DNA of 64,000 nt from Cycas panzhihuaensis (GCA_023213395.1 CM041465.1:231639741-231703740), one strand, 5' to 3'. Numbered from the stretch's first letter, positions 26,164 to 40,738 are shown. Translations and numbers: made by a program. Notes: generated by a model from the letters alone, not told the origin.

Positions 26164-26445
26164 TGTGATTATCCAAATGGGTCGACTATAGACAGAAAAT
26201 GGATGCTCGGTTGATTAGAGTGGGCCAGCCTCTAAGTTTACAGATAAGGTGCCTTGTAAGTTGTTTGAAGACGTGTTGATAGATTAATAAGCTGATGATG
26301 TTCAGTATACAATTGCCACATGTATATATAGCTGACTAGTGGTTTTTCATGAGGAGGTATAACCCGTCATCACACCCTTCCATAAATAAATAATCATTAA
26401 TTAATGATAATTGCTCTTTAGGTACATACCAATGCTCCCCCTCTT
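26164..26445 (-). repeat. Putative 3' LTR (26164-26431) and PPT AAGAGGGGGAG (26435-26445) of an unidentified minus-strand LTR element
   Basis: Purine tract followed by TG; TATA-like CTATATATA inside; ends in CA where the Gypsy-B integrase is broken; no partner LTR found. Confidence 0.55.
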
Positions 26446-26663
26446 AAAATGTTTCGCCCTTGAGGTATATTCAGAAAATGTCAGTCAATGATTGCCTCTT
26501 GCACATAGGAGAATGTCGTATTTATTAACCTTATGTTTTGAAATAGTTATTCGATGAGTTATGAGTTGTTTAGATTCCCAAAACAAGGTAGTGTAATTAA
26601 AACTTGACTCTAGGGAATCTTCCATTTGATTATTATATTAGATTGTAGATATGTGCTCGATTG

Positions 26664-27598
26664 CTAGTAGATTTTATCTGATTGTTTGTTGCGTGCTTCT
26701 TCTTGAGAAGTTGTTGGAGATGTATCCACTAGGCAAGACTTTAATATATTCTTTTGCAGGTTAGATCTTGGGACTTGTTTTGAACGATTAAGATAGAAGG
26801 TTATTACTAATGGAACATTTTGTATATAATTTATAGAATGTGGGTTGTAAGTTGCCCTATACTGTTCCAAAGGTGGTGTTGGGCATTTGTCGTCTTTTGC
26901 CATAGGTGTGTCATCTTGTTGAGTCCTCAGCCAATTGTGTATTTTTGCCTTTGCTTGCTTTGCATACTCATTCATGATTTGTTTGTGCCATTCTTCCAGG
27001 TCAATTGGAGGTACGGCGTCAAAATTTGATGTGTATTCTTCAAATGGGTGTAAGTCTTGTATGGATATGTTTGCATCTAAGTAGATCAAGTAGGATTCCT
27101 AGGTTTGTTTGATATTAGACAGTATTCTTGTGTGTGCTTTGCTTTACATGACATCTTGTTGATGAATATGTAGATTGGTGATCCACATTCATATCGTATA
27201 TAGTCATAGAAATTAATTTGAGCTTTATAATATTTTGGTTCTTCGATATATTATTCTTGCAGTTCATTATATTCTTTCTTGTAATCCTGATAGAGTGTTG
27301 TGTTGAATTATAGAACAACTTTGAAACACTTGATGTTAGCTATTTGAGATAATGTTGAATCTCTTAGTTTTTCTTGCGAAGCTTTGATCTCAAATAATCT
27401 TTGTACATCAATTAATTGACTAATGCAAGGAGATTGAACAGTATTACTATTATCTCCTATATTATTAAATGTCAAGAAGCGAGTTTGGTCTATTTCCACA
27501 GTTTCATGGTTATATGATTCAATGAATAGTTTTCTATAGTTCCCTCCACTTGATGGTTTTACAACATTTATTATATTGTGTTTTGTGGCATACAACAT
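26664..27598 (-). pseudogene. Unidentified protein-like ORF (continues at 32735-32935), upstream of the PPT/LTR
   Basis: Nearly continuous reading frame (ORFs 27308-27598 and 26664-27089 plus the intervening frame); no recognisable motif. Confidence 0.4.
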
Positions 27599-27599
27599 T

Positions 27600-30500
27600 T
27601 GTTGAGATGTAATGTTTTAACATTAGGACACTTGAGGGTAATGTATTAAAACCCCTCTTTATGTAATCAAGACAAGTGTTTGACATGTGTCAATTGGACA
27701 CAGCAATTGCAACTCCTTGATGTTTATTTAAGAATGATGTACTCTCTCATAATATAACATTCAATTTTCACCATTTATGTGTGAATCTTAACATGGTATC
27801 AGAGTAGGGCAATTTACCGGTCTGAGGAGAAATATTTGGTGTGATAGAAGGGCAGAAGATCTTTGTGTAGTCAACAAAAGGATAGTAATTGTCAAGTACT
27901 ATGAAGCAATTGAAGAAGGACAAATTAATTGCCTATGTACAAACATACGAATGAGAAAATTTGAAAGTGCTTAGACTTTTCTCAAAATTTACTAGAAGGT
28001 TGATCTCAACATGGCCATCATCTTTCTCTTCTGAGTTGACGAATTTCAAGATCGTTTTCAAGGGCATTTCACTCATTTACCAATTGTGCAGGTTTGAAGA
28101 GATAATCACTATTTTTGCTCAATTTTTTCTCTGAAACTGGGTAATATTTGTTGTATTCTGTTCTTATCATCAATATGCATCTGTTGATTCCTATTTTGAG
28201 GAGATTGATTGGGAATTTCTCATGATATAAGCATTATTTGGAAAAACCTTAGTGGCCCATTTTATCATTTTGAGCCTGTTTCCATTTAAATGAACAATAA
28301 TATCCCCAAGACATATACATATTCGGAATCCTTGTGAAAAGACCTTCAATTTTAGGTTTTTATTTTTTTTTGGTCATCTATACACCTGCAATTTTGTATA
28401 GGATTTCGTTCAATCGTACGATCAGACCCTATAGTTGCCTAATACTTCTAGAGAAAATGGCCTCTTCCATTTCAGCACTCAATGAGCAGGATAAATTGAT
28501 GGAGACAAATTACCATGTGTGGAAAATTAAGGTTGAGACCCTGCTTAGAGCCAAAAATGCACAAAATATAGCCATAGAGGTAGGAAAGAGACCTAATGAC
28601 GCTGGTGTTGCCCATACTAGTTGGGATGAAAGGGATAATGCAAGAGTGAGAGTGTTAAAATTGTCTGTCTTTGACCCTCTCCTTGTATATGTTGAAAGGA
28701 TAAATTTATCTATTGAGATCTGGAAGGTGTCTGTAAATTTGTATAGTCAAAAAATTCGAGCCAAGATTGTGGCCCTTAAGGAAGAGTTGTTCAGATTGCA
28801 CATGAAGAAAATGAAAGTATTTCATAATTTATTCATAAGGTCACCTCAATCAAGAATGATCTATTGAGTGTTGGAGCAAATATGCCAGATCAAGAACTTG
28901 TTGAAATGATTGCAAGTAAACTTTTCAAATCTATTGACAACATGATTAATTCAATAACAAATAATGATCAGATTAGAACAATGTCACTTGATACTTTAAC
29001 AGGGTTGCTTTTAAGACAAGAACAAAGGAATAAATGTTACGAAGAGGGAACAAAGTTAGAAGATGCATTCTTGTCCAAACTCAGTTTCAGACCAAGAGGA
29101 ACATGACAAACACGAGGACGTGCTCGAACACCCAACATAAGAAGCCAATCTAGAGGAAGATGGCAGGAGAGCAGAGGTTGAGGGAGTTCAGATCCTCCTA
29201 GGGATGCTAGGGTCTGCTTCAATTATGGAAAACCAAGTCATTTCTCGAGCAATTGTAGAGCTCTAGATGTTTGCTATCATTGCGGACAATCTGGACATTA
29301 TCCTTACTAGTGTTCACAAAGGAGAGCAGAGATTTAGAGAGAGAAATGACCAGCAGGCAACTCAACAAGGAATAAACCAGTCTCGATGAAGATGAAGAAG
29401 AAACGACATTTGTAGCTACACTCACTGCAAGTCTTGAGGATAAAGAAGTGTGGTACATTGACTTTGGAGCTTCGAGGTACATGACCAGGCGTGGAGATTG
29501 GTTTGAAACACTCAAATCTTATTCTTCTAACAAATCAATTGAGTTAGGAGATAAATATTCTCTTGACATCAAAGGGGTTGGAACTATAGCTATTGAGTTA
29601 AGTCACTGTTCAAAAAATTGGCAATGTACTGTTTGTGGTAGGACTAAAGAAGAACCTCTTGTTTGTTTCTCAGTTCTAAAAGGAAAAAACTAGTAACTAT
29701 TTTTGATGAAAAAGGTTATTGTCATATTCTGGATATGAAGAAGGGTGGTGTTGAAATTGTTAAGGGAATAGAAAGCAATGATTTGTATAGGTTGCTTTCT
29801 AACCCTGTTATTGGAAATAAAGATATAAAGGTATACACTGTTGTAAATGTTGATAATAACAAACTTTGGCATTTGAAGTATGGGCATATCTTCTCAGATA
29901 GATTAGAGTTGTCACGTAATTCATGTATGGTTATTGGGCTTCACAATGTTACATTTCATCCTCTTGTTTGTAAAAGCTATCTGCTTGGTGAATAGCACCG
30001 TTTTCCTCACAAAAAGGTGAATGGCGAGCTCAAAACAAATTAGAATTAATTCACACTGATCTATGTGGGCCAATCACTCCATGTTCAATAAATGGAGCTA
30101 GATATTTCCTTACTTTCATTGATGATTTTTCTAGGAAAGCATGGATTTACTTTCTTTACAGTAAGACTAAAGTCTTTGAAAAATTCAAAGAATGCAAGGT
30201 AGAAGTCGAACTTGAAAGTGGAGCCAAAACAAAATGCATCAGATTTGATAGAGTGCAGAATACATCTTAAAAGAATTTTTGAATTTCTGCAGAATTCATG
30301 GAATTCGTCGACAACTCACAACTCCATATACATCTTAGTCTAATAGAGTAGCTAAACACAAAAATAGAACAATCATGGAGATGGCTTGAAGCATGATTCA
30401 AGATAGACAAATTTTGAAGACTTTTTGGGCAGAAACAGTAAACACAGCTAACTACCTTATAAATCGAAGACCAACACAAGCTCTAGATCAAATTACACCA

Positions 30501-32734
30501 GAAGAGGCTTGAACAAGATACAAACCAGATGTAACTTAAAAAATTTTGGATGCCTTCATATTCCAGACAAAAAAAGGCCCAAGCTTGACTGCAAAAGCAT
30601 AGAGTGCATAATGATAGGCTATAGCAAGAATTCAAAACCCTATAAATGTATAGACCCAAATACAAACAAGGTCTATATAAGTAGAGATGTTGTATTCAAT
30701 GAAAGAGATATTCTAAAAAGTTCACCTCCATATCAAGAGATTGAAGAGCCACAGAAAACAATTCTTTCAGAAGAATCTTCATCTGAAGAAATCTCAAGAA
30801 TTACTTTAGAAGATACGGTAATTGATGAAGTAGGAGAATCAGAGAGGGCGCTCTCACCTCCCGTCGACTCAAGTGCAGAAGAAGACAAGGAAAAAGAAAC
30901 AATGTCTAAGAAGATACCAAAATGGTATATCAAAATAATTGAGGAAGTTAGAGGAGATGTGTTTACACACAGAACAAGAAGCCAGAAACATCAGGCACAA
31001 TTCAGACATGTTGAACCACAATCTTACGAAGAAGCAAGACAACACAAGGTATGGCAAATTGCAATGAATGTGGAAATGGTATCAATTTTCGAAAACTAGA
31101 CATGGGAAGTGGTTGATCTACTTGTAGGTAAGCCTGTTGTAAATTGCAAATGGGTGTATAAAATAAAAGAAAATTCTAATGATGAAGTAGAAAAGTGTAA
31201 AGCTAGATTAGTCGCTAAAGGATACACTTAGATAACATGGATAGATTATGAAGAAATCTTCTCACCTATAGCAAAATTAAATATTGTGAGAGTGGTAATA
31301 GCCCTAGTTGCACAACATAATTGGAAGGTTTACCAATTAGGCGTAAAAAATGCCTTCTTGAATGGAGAACTCAGAAGTCTATATGAGCCAACTAGAAGGA
31401 TACATTCAGAATGGCCAAGAAAATCTTGTGTGCAAACTAAAAAGGGCTTTATATGGATTGAAGTAGGCCCCAAGGGTCCGGTATGCCAAGTTGGACAAAT
31501 ACCTTACTAAAAATAGATTTCAAAGTTGCAACGCAGATTTCAGTCTGTACACAAAGAAGAGTCAAGGACTGATCACAATAATCGTGGTCTATGTAGATAA
31601 CATGATCTTCACAGGAAGTGACATAGAACATAGCAGATATAAAGGCACAACTTGAAAAAGGGGTTGAAATGACAGACTTAGGACTTCTAAATTACTATGT
31701 TGGTATATAAGTTAATAAAAAAGGGGGTTCAATCACTTTATCTCAAGGTAAATATATAAAAAATCTACTGACAAAATTCAAAATGGAAGAATGCAACAAC
31801 TGTGCAACCCCCATAGAAATTAGCTGTGATCTAACTCCTTCTGAAGAAGAAGCTTCAATTGATGCAACCTTGTATAGACAACTAATTGGAAGTCCGATAT
31901 ACCTCACTGCAACTAGACCTGACATATCATATTCCGTTGGCCTAGTCTTTAGATATATGTAGGATCCAAAACCAACTCATTGGAAAACTGCAAAAATAAT
32001 ACTTAGATATCTGAAAGGAACAATTGACCTAAAACTCACTTATCCAAAAAATAAGTCAGGTCAATTGATTAGATTCTACGATTTAGACTGGGCAAGGGAT
32101 AAAGAAAAGAGAAAATCAACAAGTGGATACTGCTTTTTCTTTGGGCCAACAACAATCTCATGGAGCAACAAACGACAAACAACAATTGCACTATCATCCA
32201 TAGAAGTAGAGTACAAATCAGCAGTCAACGCTTCATATGAAGCAATCTGGTTGAGATAACTTTTGTCAAATTTAGATCAACAACAGAAAAGTCAACAACT
32301 CTTCTCTACGATAATCAAAGTGCAATTAAGTTGACAAAAAATTCAGTCCTTCACACTCAAACAACGCACATTGAAGTGCACCGTCATTTCATAAGAGAAA
32401 AAGTACAAATCAAGGAGATTGACTTGACATACTATCCTACAAATGAATAGGTTGCAGATATCATGACAAAACCACTCAGCAAGGAAAAGTTTCAATTTTT
32501 TAAAGACAAGTTAGGACAAATAAAACATTAAGAGAGGGTGTTGAGATGTAATGTTTGATCATTAGGACACTTGAGGTTAATGTATTAAAACCCCTCTTTA
32601 TGTAATCAAGACAAGTGTTCGACACGTGTCAATCAGACACATAGCGGTTACAACTCCTTGATGTATATTTAAGAATGATGCACTCTCTCATAATATAACA
32701 TTTAGTTTTCACCATTTATGTGTGAAGCTTAACA
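27600..32734 (+). mobile_element. Full-length Ty1/copia 'Copia-2' with short LTRs (27600-27793, 32539-32734)
   Basis: TG..CA LTR pair, PBS TGGTATCAGAG 27794-27804, PPT AAGAGAGGG 32530-32538; no matching TSD. Confidence 0.95.
28457..32520 (+). pseudogene. Copia-2 gag-pol (degenerate), two zinc knuckles
   Basis: NYHVWKIKVETLL, WYIDFGASRYMT, IHTDLCGP, KNAFLNGEL, DWARDKEKRKSTSGY. Confidence 0.93.
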
Positions 32735-33040
32735 GATTCAATGAACAATTTTTTATAGTTCCCTCCACTTGACAACTTTACAACATTTATTATAGTGTTT
32801 TAATAGCTCAATCCTCAATATAGATGAATGTGTATCAAGTCCTTTTATTAATGCCTTGAGTTCAATTTTCACTTCTTCAAGCTTGACATTGCAACTATTG
32901 TAGATTTCTGGTAGGGGTTTTGAGTCTGCTGGCATTTTGATTTTTTAGTATTAATGTAGTTTTGATTTCCTTCTTAGTGCAATATTTACTCTGTTTTTCT
33001 TGTATGTGAGCTAATTTGCACCAAACTTGTTCTCTCTCTT

Positions 33041-33074
33041 TATATATATATATAGATAGATAGATAGATAGATA
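33041..33074. repeat. Compound (TA)n(GATA)n microsatellite
   Basis: Visible in sequence. Confidence 0.9.
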
Positions 33075-34079
33075 AAACAATGATAACTCTTTTTTATTGT
33101 TTTTGTTAAAGATATATATTATATAAACTATTATATGTTACAATGTTCTTTATATGTAATATAATTTGTATGATACATAATCGTTTAAAGGGAATTTTTC
33201 ACTCTTAAATAAGAATATTCTATTTGGATGGAATAATATAAATATATAAATATATTCTCTTTCTAAAAGAGAATATCCTTTCTTTAATTTTCTTTTTTTT
33301 CTTAAAGATTTTATAAAATTGTAACATGTATAGTATATGTTATTTGAGGTGGTGATATCATCTTATGAGACCCGACAATTTGATCTATAGCAAGAGGTGA
33401 ATCACCCGTCATAATGGGATACGTGTAGACTAAAATTGCTAGTTGTGTGCCCCTTGTTTAAAAACGTCTATGCATGTGTGTGTGTGTATTTTATTTATTT
33501 ATTTTTTCTTTATATTTTTTGAGTAAGTGACGACGGGATGCAAAAGGACATTTGCAATTTCTTATTGAATCCGATGGATGTTGACGCTAACTTTGTAGAA
33601 GATATGTATGTGAATACAAGGGAGGAGTGATATTGATGGGCATCACTCAACACGAAACCCAAGTTGCACTCTCTTATTTTTTTATTTAATATCTAATGGG
33701 TATTTCTTGAACTTCTACCTTGAGGCGTGAGCCGACTTGTGGAAACCATGAAGGTAGAGACATTTGTGTTAGTAAGTGGTGACTTGCCTGCAAACGATCG
33801 AAAATAGGTTTTGTATGCAAAGATCACATAAGTAGCAATCTTGGTATGTTTTTTTGGTGACCTTTTCACTATGTTGAATATCATATGCATACTGGGGAGA
33901 GATGGATTCCAAGTAGAAGTCTTGCTTGGGTTGCTTGGTTGTAGGTATGTATGGGGACTTTGGTGAGTAAGGTATAGACTTCCCAGTCATGTTGCTTCCT
34001 TCGTAGTTGGAGGGAGCATAGGGTCACTTCAACTTATCTCATTTACTTATTTTATTATTAATAGTTTTTCATTTTTTTT

Positions 34080-34760
34080 AATTGGAAGCTAATTGAGGTG
34101 ATAGTAGTTGGGTTGATGGTTCGAATAGAGCATGCTGATGCGAAAAATGCTACCTTCAATTTCCACCTAAACTAACTTGTGTGCCCAGTTTGAAATTGAG
34201 CTCACATCTGAGTCAACATTTTATGAATTAGAAAATGGGGCACTTGATCGAACAACTGTGAAGTTTGTGTTGCCTAAAAATTGTGAGATGATCAACTTTG
34301 GGGTTCAGAGAACTCGAGGGGCAAATAGATGTACAAAAAGTAAGATAAAAATTGACCTAGGTAATGAGGGACTAACTCACTACAGGGAAATACTAGCACT
34401 AGACTATCATGCCGATACTTTTTTACAAGAAAGAGGGCAAGGCCAACTAAAGGTTGTTAAGGCTATCCACTACACCAACTAAGGATTACAGAGTGGTCTC
34501 CCTCGGTATTACAGCCTCAACCCTACTATCGTGATTGTCTTCAATCTTGGCAATGAACTCCAAGGTAAACTATAAGATGCTTTGAGAAATTTCAAATAGT
34601 ATGAGCAGTGACAAGATAAAGCCTCTATGGTCTCCCTTGAGAAGACCACTCCACCGGTTGCAACTTCGCGACACATTTCTAAAGAGCAAGCATAGAGTTA
34701 GTCCATTTACTCTTTGTTACTTGTGTAGTTATTAGAATCACTTAAAAGCTCAAGTTTTTA
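34080..34760 (+). pseudogene. Possible LINE ORF1-like (zinc-knuckle) remnant
   Basis: 101-aa ORF 34177-34482 and downstream CYLCSY*NHLKA resembling a decayed CCHC knuckle; weak. Confidence 0.25.
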
Positions 34761-36013
34761 CAACTAGGTCCTAATAAGTAAAGATCACCATCACGATTGT
34801 ACCCCTATTAGGAAATTAGGCTTAGTTGGCAAAGGGTTTGAGACACTACGGGGCCCCACTTGTGCAGAAGGTCTTAGTCTAGTAACACCTTTGTAAGAGT
34901 AGTGGAACACGATTTTGACTTGATGAACGCTTAGGATATACCTGAGGATCCTAGTGGACTATGGCAGATTGATGAAGTGAAAACACTTAGATGATGATGA
35001 CTTTTTTTAGTTTCCCATAGTGACAAAAGGCACAACCAAAGACGTTAGATAAACAATGTGTGCAAACGAAAGTAGGAGGCGGCATTGAGGATCTACCGAA
35101 TTCTGAGTTAGTTAAGTGTCTATTTGTTGAATAAGAATAAAAACTTTTGTTGTTTTTTGGTATATGTTTGTGCAATGTTTTTATAGCAATGCATGTCTTA
35201 GCTCCTGCACAAGTTAGTTTAAAATTGAAATGAAAATGATGCGCAATCTAAGCACACAATGCACCTATATAAAATGTAGTTAAATGAAGCAATATTTAAC
35301 TGCTTAATCACTAGTTTTCTAGGTCAATTGAAATTGAAATTAACTACATGCAAAAGGAATAAATCCCCTTGCCTTCTAATTTATTTTATTTTAAAACGAT
35401 TGAAATGTGTATGCTTATAATTCCCCTAACCTATATGCACGTTAATGCTACTAAAATCTCTTGATAGCCTATATGAAAGTTTAGGAACTGCTTACTATCG
35501 ATTCTACATAATAATTGTAAATATTAACTTATGAAAACTATCAAAATTTCATTTCAAATCTTGCTTCCACACTAAGAAATTAAAACAACAAATGTCATCT
35601 TGATAAGTGAATAAAAGAACCCTTATTTCTTCAATGTATTTTAGTCATACTTATGCATCGAAATCTATAAAAAAATATGAAATATAAGTTCGATTCAATG
35701 TCATTAAAAAGTAACTATGATACGTAAAAATATTTCATTCAAAATCCATTGTAAAACATGTTTAAATAGTCATCACTTCCTTCTAAAATAAATTTTTTAC
35801 ACAAATATGTGCTTGCATTTATTAGCTCAAACATCCATAAAAAAATTGATCAAACATGTAGAATTGTTATGCCATAATTTCAATGAAATGACATCACATA
35901 AAATTTGAACAAAAGGTTCCATTTTTAATTGCTTAAGGATGAATGAAAGCCATTTATGGACAACATAAAACATGCTTCAATGATCAATTTTATATATAAA
36001 GAGAGCCATAAAT

Positions 36014-36198
36014 CTTTCATTGGCAGGTGTACTTGTCTGAATTTTTTCCTTGTATAATGGGCATATTGCCATAAGCCCTCTCCCTAGGCAGGCGTACATC
36101 GTACAAACCTTCATTGGCAGGTGTACTTTGTCTATTTTCTTTCTCCTTGTACAACAGGCATATTGGCATAAGACCTCTCCATAGGCAAGCGTACCTTG
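36014..36198 (+). repeat. Two tandem copies of a ~95-bp unit immediately upstream of CRM-1 gag
   Basis: TTCATTGGCAGGTGTACTT...GGCATATTG.CATAAG.CCTCTCC.TAGGCA.GCGTAC occurs twice. Confidence 0.85.
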
Positions 36199-36208
36199 AA
36201 CAAATACC

Positions 36209-39200
36209 ATGTCTTATGATCAAGAGGACCAGTCTTAACCAGATATCATCGAACTCTTGGCACAAGAGCTTCATGAACAACGACAAGATGCTCAAGATGT
36301 TCAACAAAATTTGATGACCAACACGATGACCATGTTTCTATAAATTCTGCAACAACAGACCATTCCAACAATCGTTCTAATTCAAACACCTCCTTTCAAA
36401 TTAAATGCAAAGATCAATATACTACTTTTTGAAGGCACAATGAATGCAGATAAATTAAATGCATGGCTTTGAAATCTTGAAACTTATTTCAAGACACAAC
36501 AATTCACCAAAGCACAAAAAATTATGGTTGCTGAAGTTCATATGGCAGAACAAGTTTTAACATGGTGGCAAGCTCCCTCCTGCAATCAACCTCCTATCAT
36601 ATGGGTTGATTTCAAAAATATCATATACAGTTGGTTCTACCCTTTGGGATATCTAGATGAACTCGCTACGCGTTGGCTTCATCTTTGATAGGTCTCCAAA
36701 CTGTCTATTTAGTAATACATCGATGAGTTTGTCAACCTTTCCATTCGGTTAGAAGTCTGTGACCCTGATCATATTCTTAAGTTGAAATTTGTTGTTAGAC
36801 TCTTTTCGTTTCTGCTGCATGAAATGGATCTCCTTTAGATTCCTACACTTGAAGCTACTTATCATCTTGCTCTTAAAATTGAAGACAAATTACAACGGAG
36901 GCCTCGGCCACCTATAGCACTTGCCTCATTTTCCAAAAAGGTTAATGTGCGACGACTAGCTAACACAAAGAAATATTGCTCTATCCATAAGTGTTTGGGC
37001 CACACAGACGTCAAATGTCGAGAATAACATAAATCACAAATTGTGGTCATTGAACCTCAAGCACTACCATATTTGGATGACATCATTAACATCCTTAATT
37101 TGTAGGCTCTAGATCCACATATTGTGTTGATAACCACTGGATTTTTTCCTTCTCAGAGAGAATGACTCTTCACACAAAATTATCAAATCAGGGACTGATT
37201 AGCTCTTTGTATTATTGACAACGACAACATGAAGAATCTCATCTCTCAAACAATTATGGATTCTCTGCAATTGCCCACCAAGCCACATCCCAAACTCTAT
37301 ACTCTTGGGTGGGTAACGGCTAATGGTCATACAACAATGGTTGACAAGATCTGCATTGTCACTTTTGCTATTCTACCATTCTTGGATATAATTGATTGTG
37401 ATGTCACTCCTATGGACTGCAACTACATTCTCTTGGGATGCCCATATCAACATGATCACTGAGCATTATATGATGGTTACCATAATAGTTATATGCTTCT
37501 TAAAAATGGGAAAGCGTATAGGCCTACTTTTGTAGCTAGTGCTTCTCCATCATTGGAAATCCTACAGTCAAACTCACCGGCACATCTAAGCAAATGGTAC
37601 TTTGTGTAATTCGTCAAGTTGAAAAGGAAAATTGTACTAAGATTCCACCAAAAGCAATGAGAGCTCTTTTAGATGCGTACTTTGATGTCTTTGCAAAACC
37701 TAAGGGTCTTCCTCCGATACGCGCTGTCCAACATTCCATTGATCTTGTTCTAGGGTCCCCTCATCCTAATCAAGGTCCATATTACACTACTCCACTCACC
37801 CAATTGGAGTGATAGCTTACCCAACTGATTAATGAAGGCAAATTTTAACCAAGTTGTTCCCCTTGTGGCTCTCCTACAATCCTCATTCCAAAGAAAGATA
37901 GAGTGGCGTCTATGCATTGATTACCGAGTGCTTAACAAAATCATTGTAAAAAATCGATATCCACTTCCTTGTATTAACGATTTGCTAGATCATCTCAAAG
38001 GAGCCAAATATTTTACTAAAATTGATTTGGCTTCTAGATATCATCAAGTTCGTGTTGAAGCTTGTGATACTTGGAAAACAACCTTCAAGACTCAAGGTGG
38101 CCTTTATGAATGGTTAGTCATGCCTTTTGGCTTAACCAATGCTCTTGCTTATCAATGACTTTTTTCACCCCTGTTTGGGAAAATTCGTCATGGCTTATCT
38201 TGATGACATTCTGATATTTAGCAACAATTTTAATGAGCATCTTCAACATGTCATTATTGTCATGGCTTTATCATGGAAGCATCAACTCAAAGCCAAATTC
38301 AAGAAATGCTTCTTTGTACAAAAATCTATCTCCTATCTCAGATTCATCATTGATGAGGATGGCATTCATGTTGATCTAGAAAAGGTCCGCATCATTCAAA
38401 ATTGGCCTACACCTTCTACTTTCATCGAACTCAAAAGTTTTCTTGGTACTGTCAACTTTTATAGGAAATTTATTTTCCACTTTTCTAGCATTGCACATCC
38501 TCTTAACATTCTTACTAAAAGTACCAAAAATTTTGTTTGGAATCCTTTTGCAGAAGACGCTTTTCAAAAATTCAAAATTGCCTTGTGCACTGCACCTATT
38601 CTTCACCTCCCTAACCTCACTCAACCCTTTGAACTTGACATTGATGCTTTCCAATTTGCCTTTGGTGCTATTCTTAAGTAGGGAGGACATCCAATCGCTT
38701 CACTTTCTGAAACATTTTCTCAAGCGAAGCTTCATTATATTACTTATGATGAATTTCATGCCCTCAATCAAGCCCTCTATCATTAGCGACATTTTCTCCT
38801 TGGCAAATAAACTATTATTTATATCAACCACCAACCTCTCCAATTTCTGAATTCCCAATCCAAAATCCAGAAGCACCGACATTTCAAATGGGCCTCCTAC
38901 AGTCAACAATTTCAACTTGTGATTAAATACAAAACAATTGTTTATAATGAAGTAGTTGATTTTCTCAGTTGACCTCCCATACAAACCTTAGCCACCTTCC
39001 TAAACACTAGTTTCAATGCATATTCTAAATGGCAACATTTGTTTCCTTCTTATCACAAATTCAAACCTGTATTGGCTGCATTATTTTAGCCCACCCAAAC
39101 TAATCTAGAACCTTTTCTAGCTTATCATCTTAAAAATGGTCTCCTCTACAAACTTAACCGTCTATCTGTACTTGTTGGCACTTCATGACAACAACTACTC

Positions 39201-40738
39201 AAAGAGGTTTATTCTTCGACATACAACAGACACTTTGGGGCGCACAAAACACTTCAACATCTTCAATGCTATTTCTATTGGTCTTCCATGCAGAAGACAA
39301 CCGAGGATTATGTTTGATGTTGCCCTTTATGCAACCAATCCAAGCCCTCTAATTGGAAACTGGGACTTTATCAACCTTTTCCAAAATGGCAATTTTCATC
39401 CCCTGCACAAAAGACATCTTTGCTTCTTGTGCTGCCACATTATTTTTTGAACATGTCTAGACTCACTATGGCCTTCTACTCTCTATAGTTTCTGATAGAG
39501 ACAATCGTTTTCTCAGTTATTTTTGGCAATCTCTATGGAAAATGCTCGACTGCCAATTCAAAATTTCAACCTCTTTTCGTCCTCAAATTGATGGTCAAAC
39601 AGAGGTGGTTAATCGCACATTAGTACATGCACTCTGCATCTACCAGCACAACACTAAACAATGGGACTCACATCTCCATCATATACAACATAGCTATAAT
39701 TGGGCAACTCATGTTTCCATTGGCTGCTCTCCCTTTGAAGTATGTTATGGATAACGATCACTTACCCCTTATTAACTTCCACTTGTTGTTCCTTCTTCTA
39801 CCACGACTTGCGAGCAGAAAAAACAATAAAAAGCTATTTCCTTTATTGATCACATGGCTAAATTGCATTCCATGATCAAGCAAATTTTCCACCAGACATA
39901 GGCCATATATAAAGCAACTCAGTATCAACATTGCTCCAAAGCTTCTTTTCAAGTTGGCGACAAGGTTTGGCTTCATCTAGATTGCAAGAGGTCTAAGCAT
40001 CACCATAAACTTAAACCTATCTGTTTTGGTCCTTATACTATACTTCAAGCTATCAGACCAAATGCTTTTTGCCTCGACCTACCTGTTCATTTGGGCATTC
40101 ATGATGTTGTCAATGTCAGTCAACTCAAGTTAAATGAGCCACCACAACTTGAAGCTGAATTGTTGCTGCTCATGCTTTTGATAGCATTTTAGATTTTCAG
40201 CCTCTCCTTTCAGTAAACACCATTCTCAACACTCGGCAACACTGAACCAGGCTATAGATTACTACCACCTATCTCGTTGGTCGAAAAGGGACTCTACCGA
40301 CTAAAGCCAAATGGATTTCTAGAGCAGTTATCCGAGAACAATTTCCCCATCTTCAACAAAAATTAGGGCCAATTTCTTTCTAAATAAGGAGGAAATGATG
40401 AATATTTATATATAGTGCTAATATATATGTGTAGTCTTAATATTCATAATGTTCTTTAGGTTTTTTGTGTATCACTTAAAAGGTACTTGAGGAACTTAAT
40501 TAATAGTTAAGTATATAGATGACAATGTTCTGCGTGGAACACGTGTCCAACATACACCCAACTTAAGTTTGTATAAATATGTAAGTCATTCTTGAAGGAA
40601 ATCAATGAAGAGAGAAGTTATTCATTCCTCCTCTTACTTGACTTAGGTCTAGAATTCCTATGCATGTACAAGGCTTAAAGGTGCTTCCCTGTTTGAATTC
40701 CATGAAGAGCCAATGAGCATAAATCTGAAGGCATATCA
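36209..40738 (+). mobile_element. CRM-like chromovirus 'CRM-1', 5'-truncated; degenerate gag-pol 36209-40380, PPT ~40386-40395, 3' LTR 40396-40738
   Basis: FEGTMNADKLNAWL gag, LQLPTKPHPKLYTLGWV protease, [47 protein letters not shown]; LTR termini TGAT...ATCA; no 5' LTR or PBS seen. Confidence 0.85.

Noticed and set aside
33050-33570. Geminivirus-like intergenic region between divergent ORFs
   Set aside because: No TAATATTAC nonanucleotide stem-loop and no Rep motifs seen
35200-35950. 5' LTR or PBS for CRM-1
   Set aside because: No copy of 40396-40738 and no TGGTATCA found; AT-rich sequence of unknown origin
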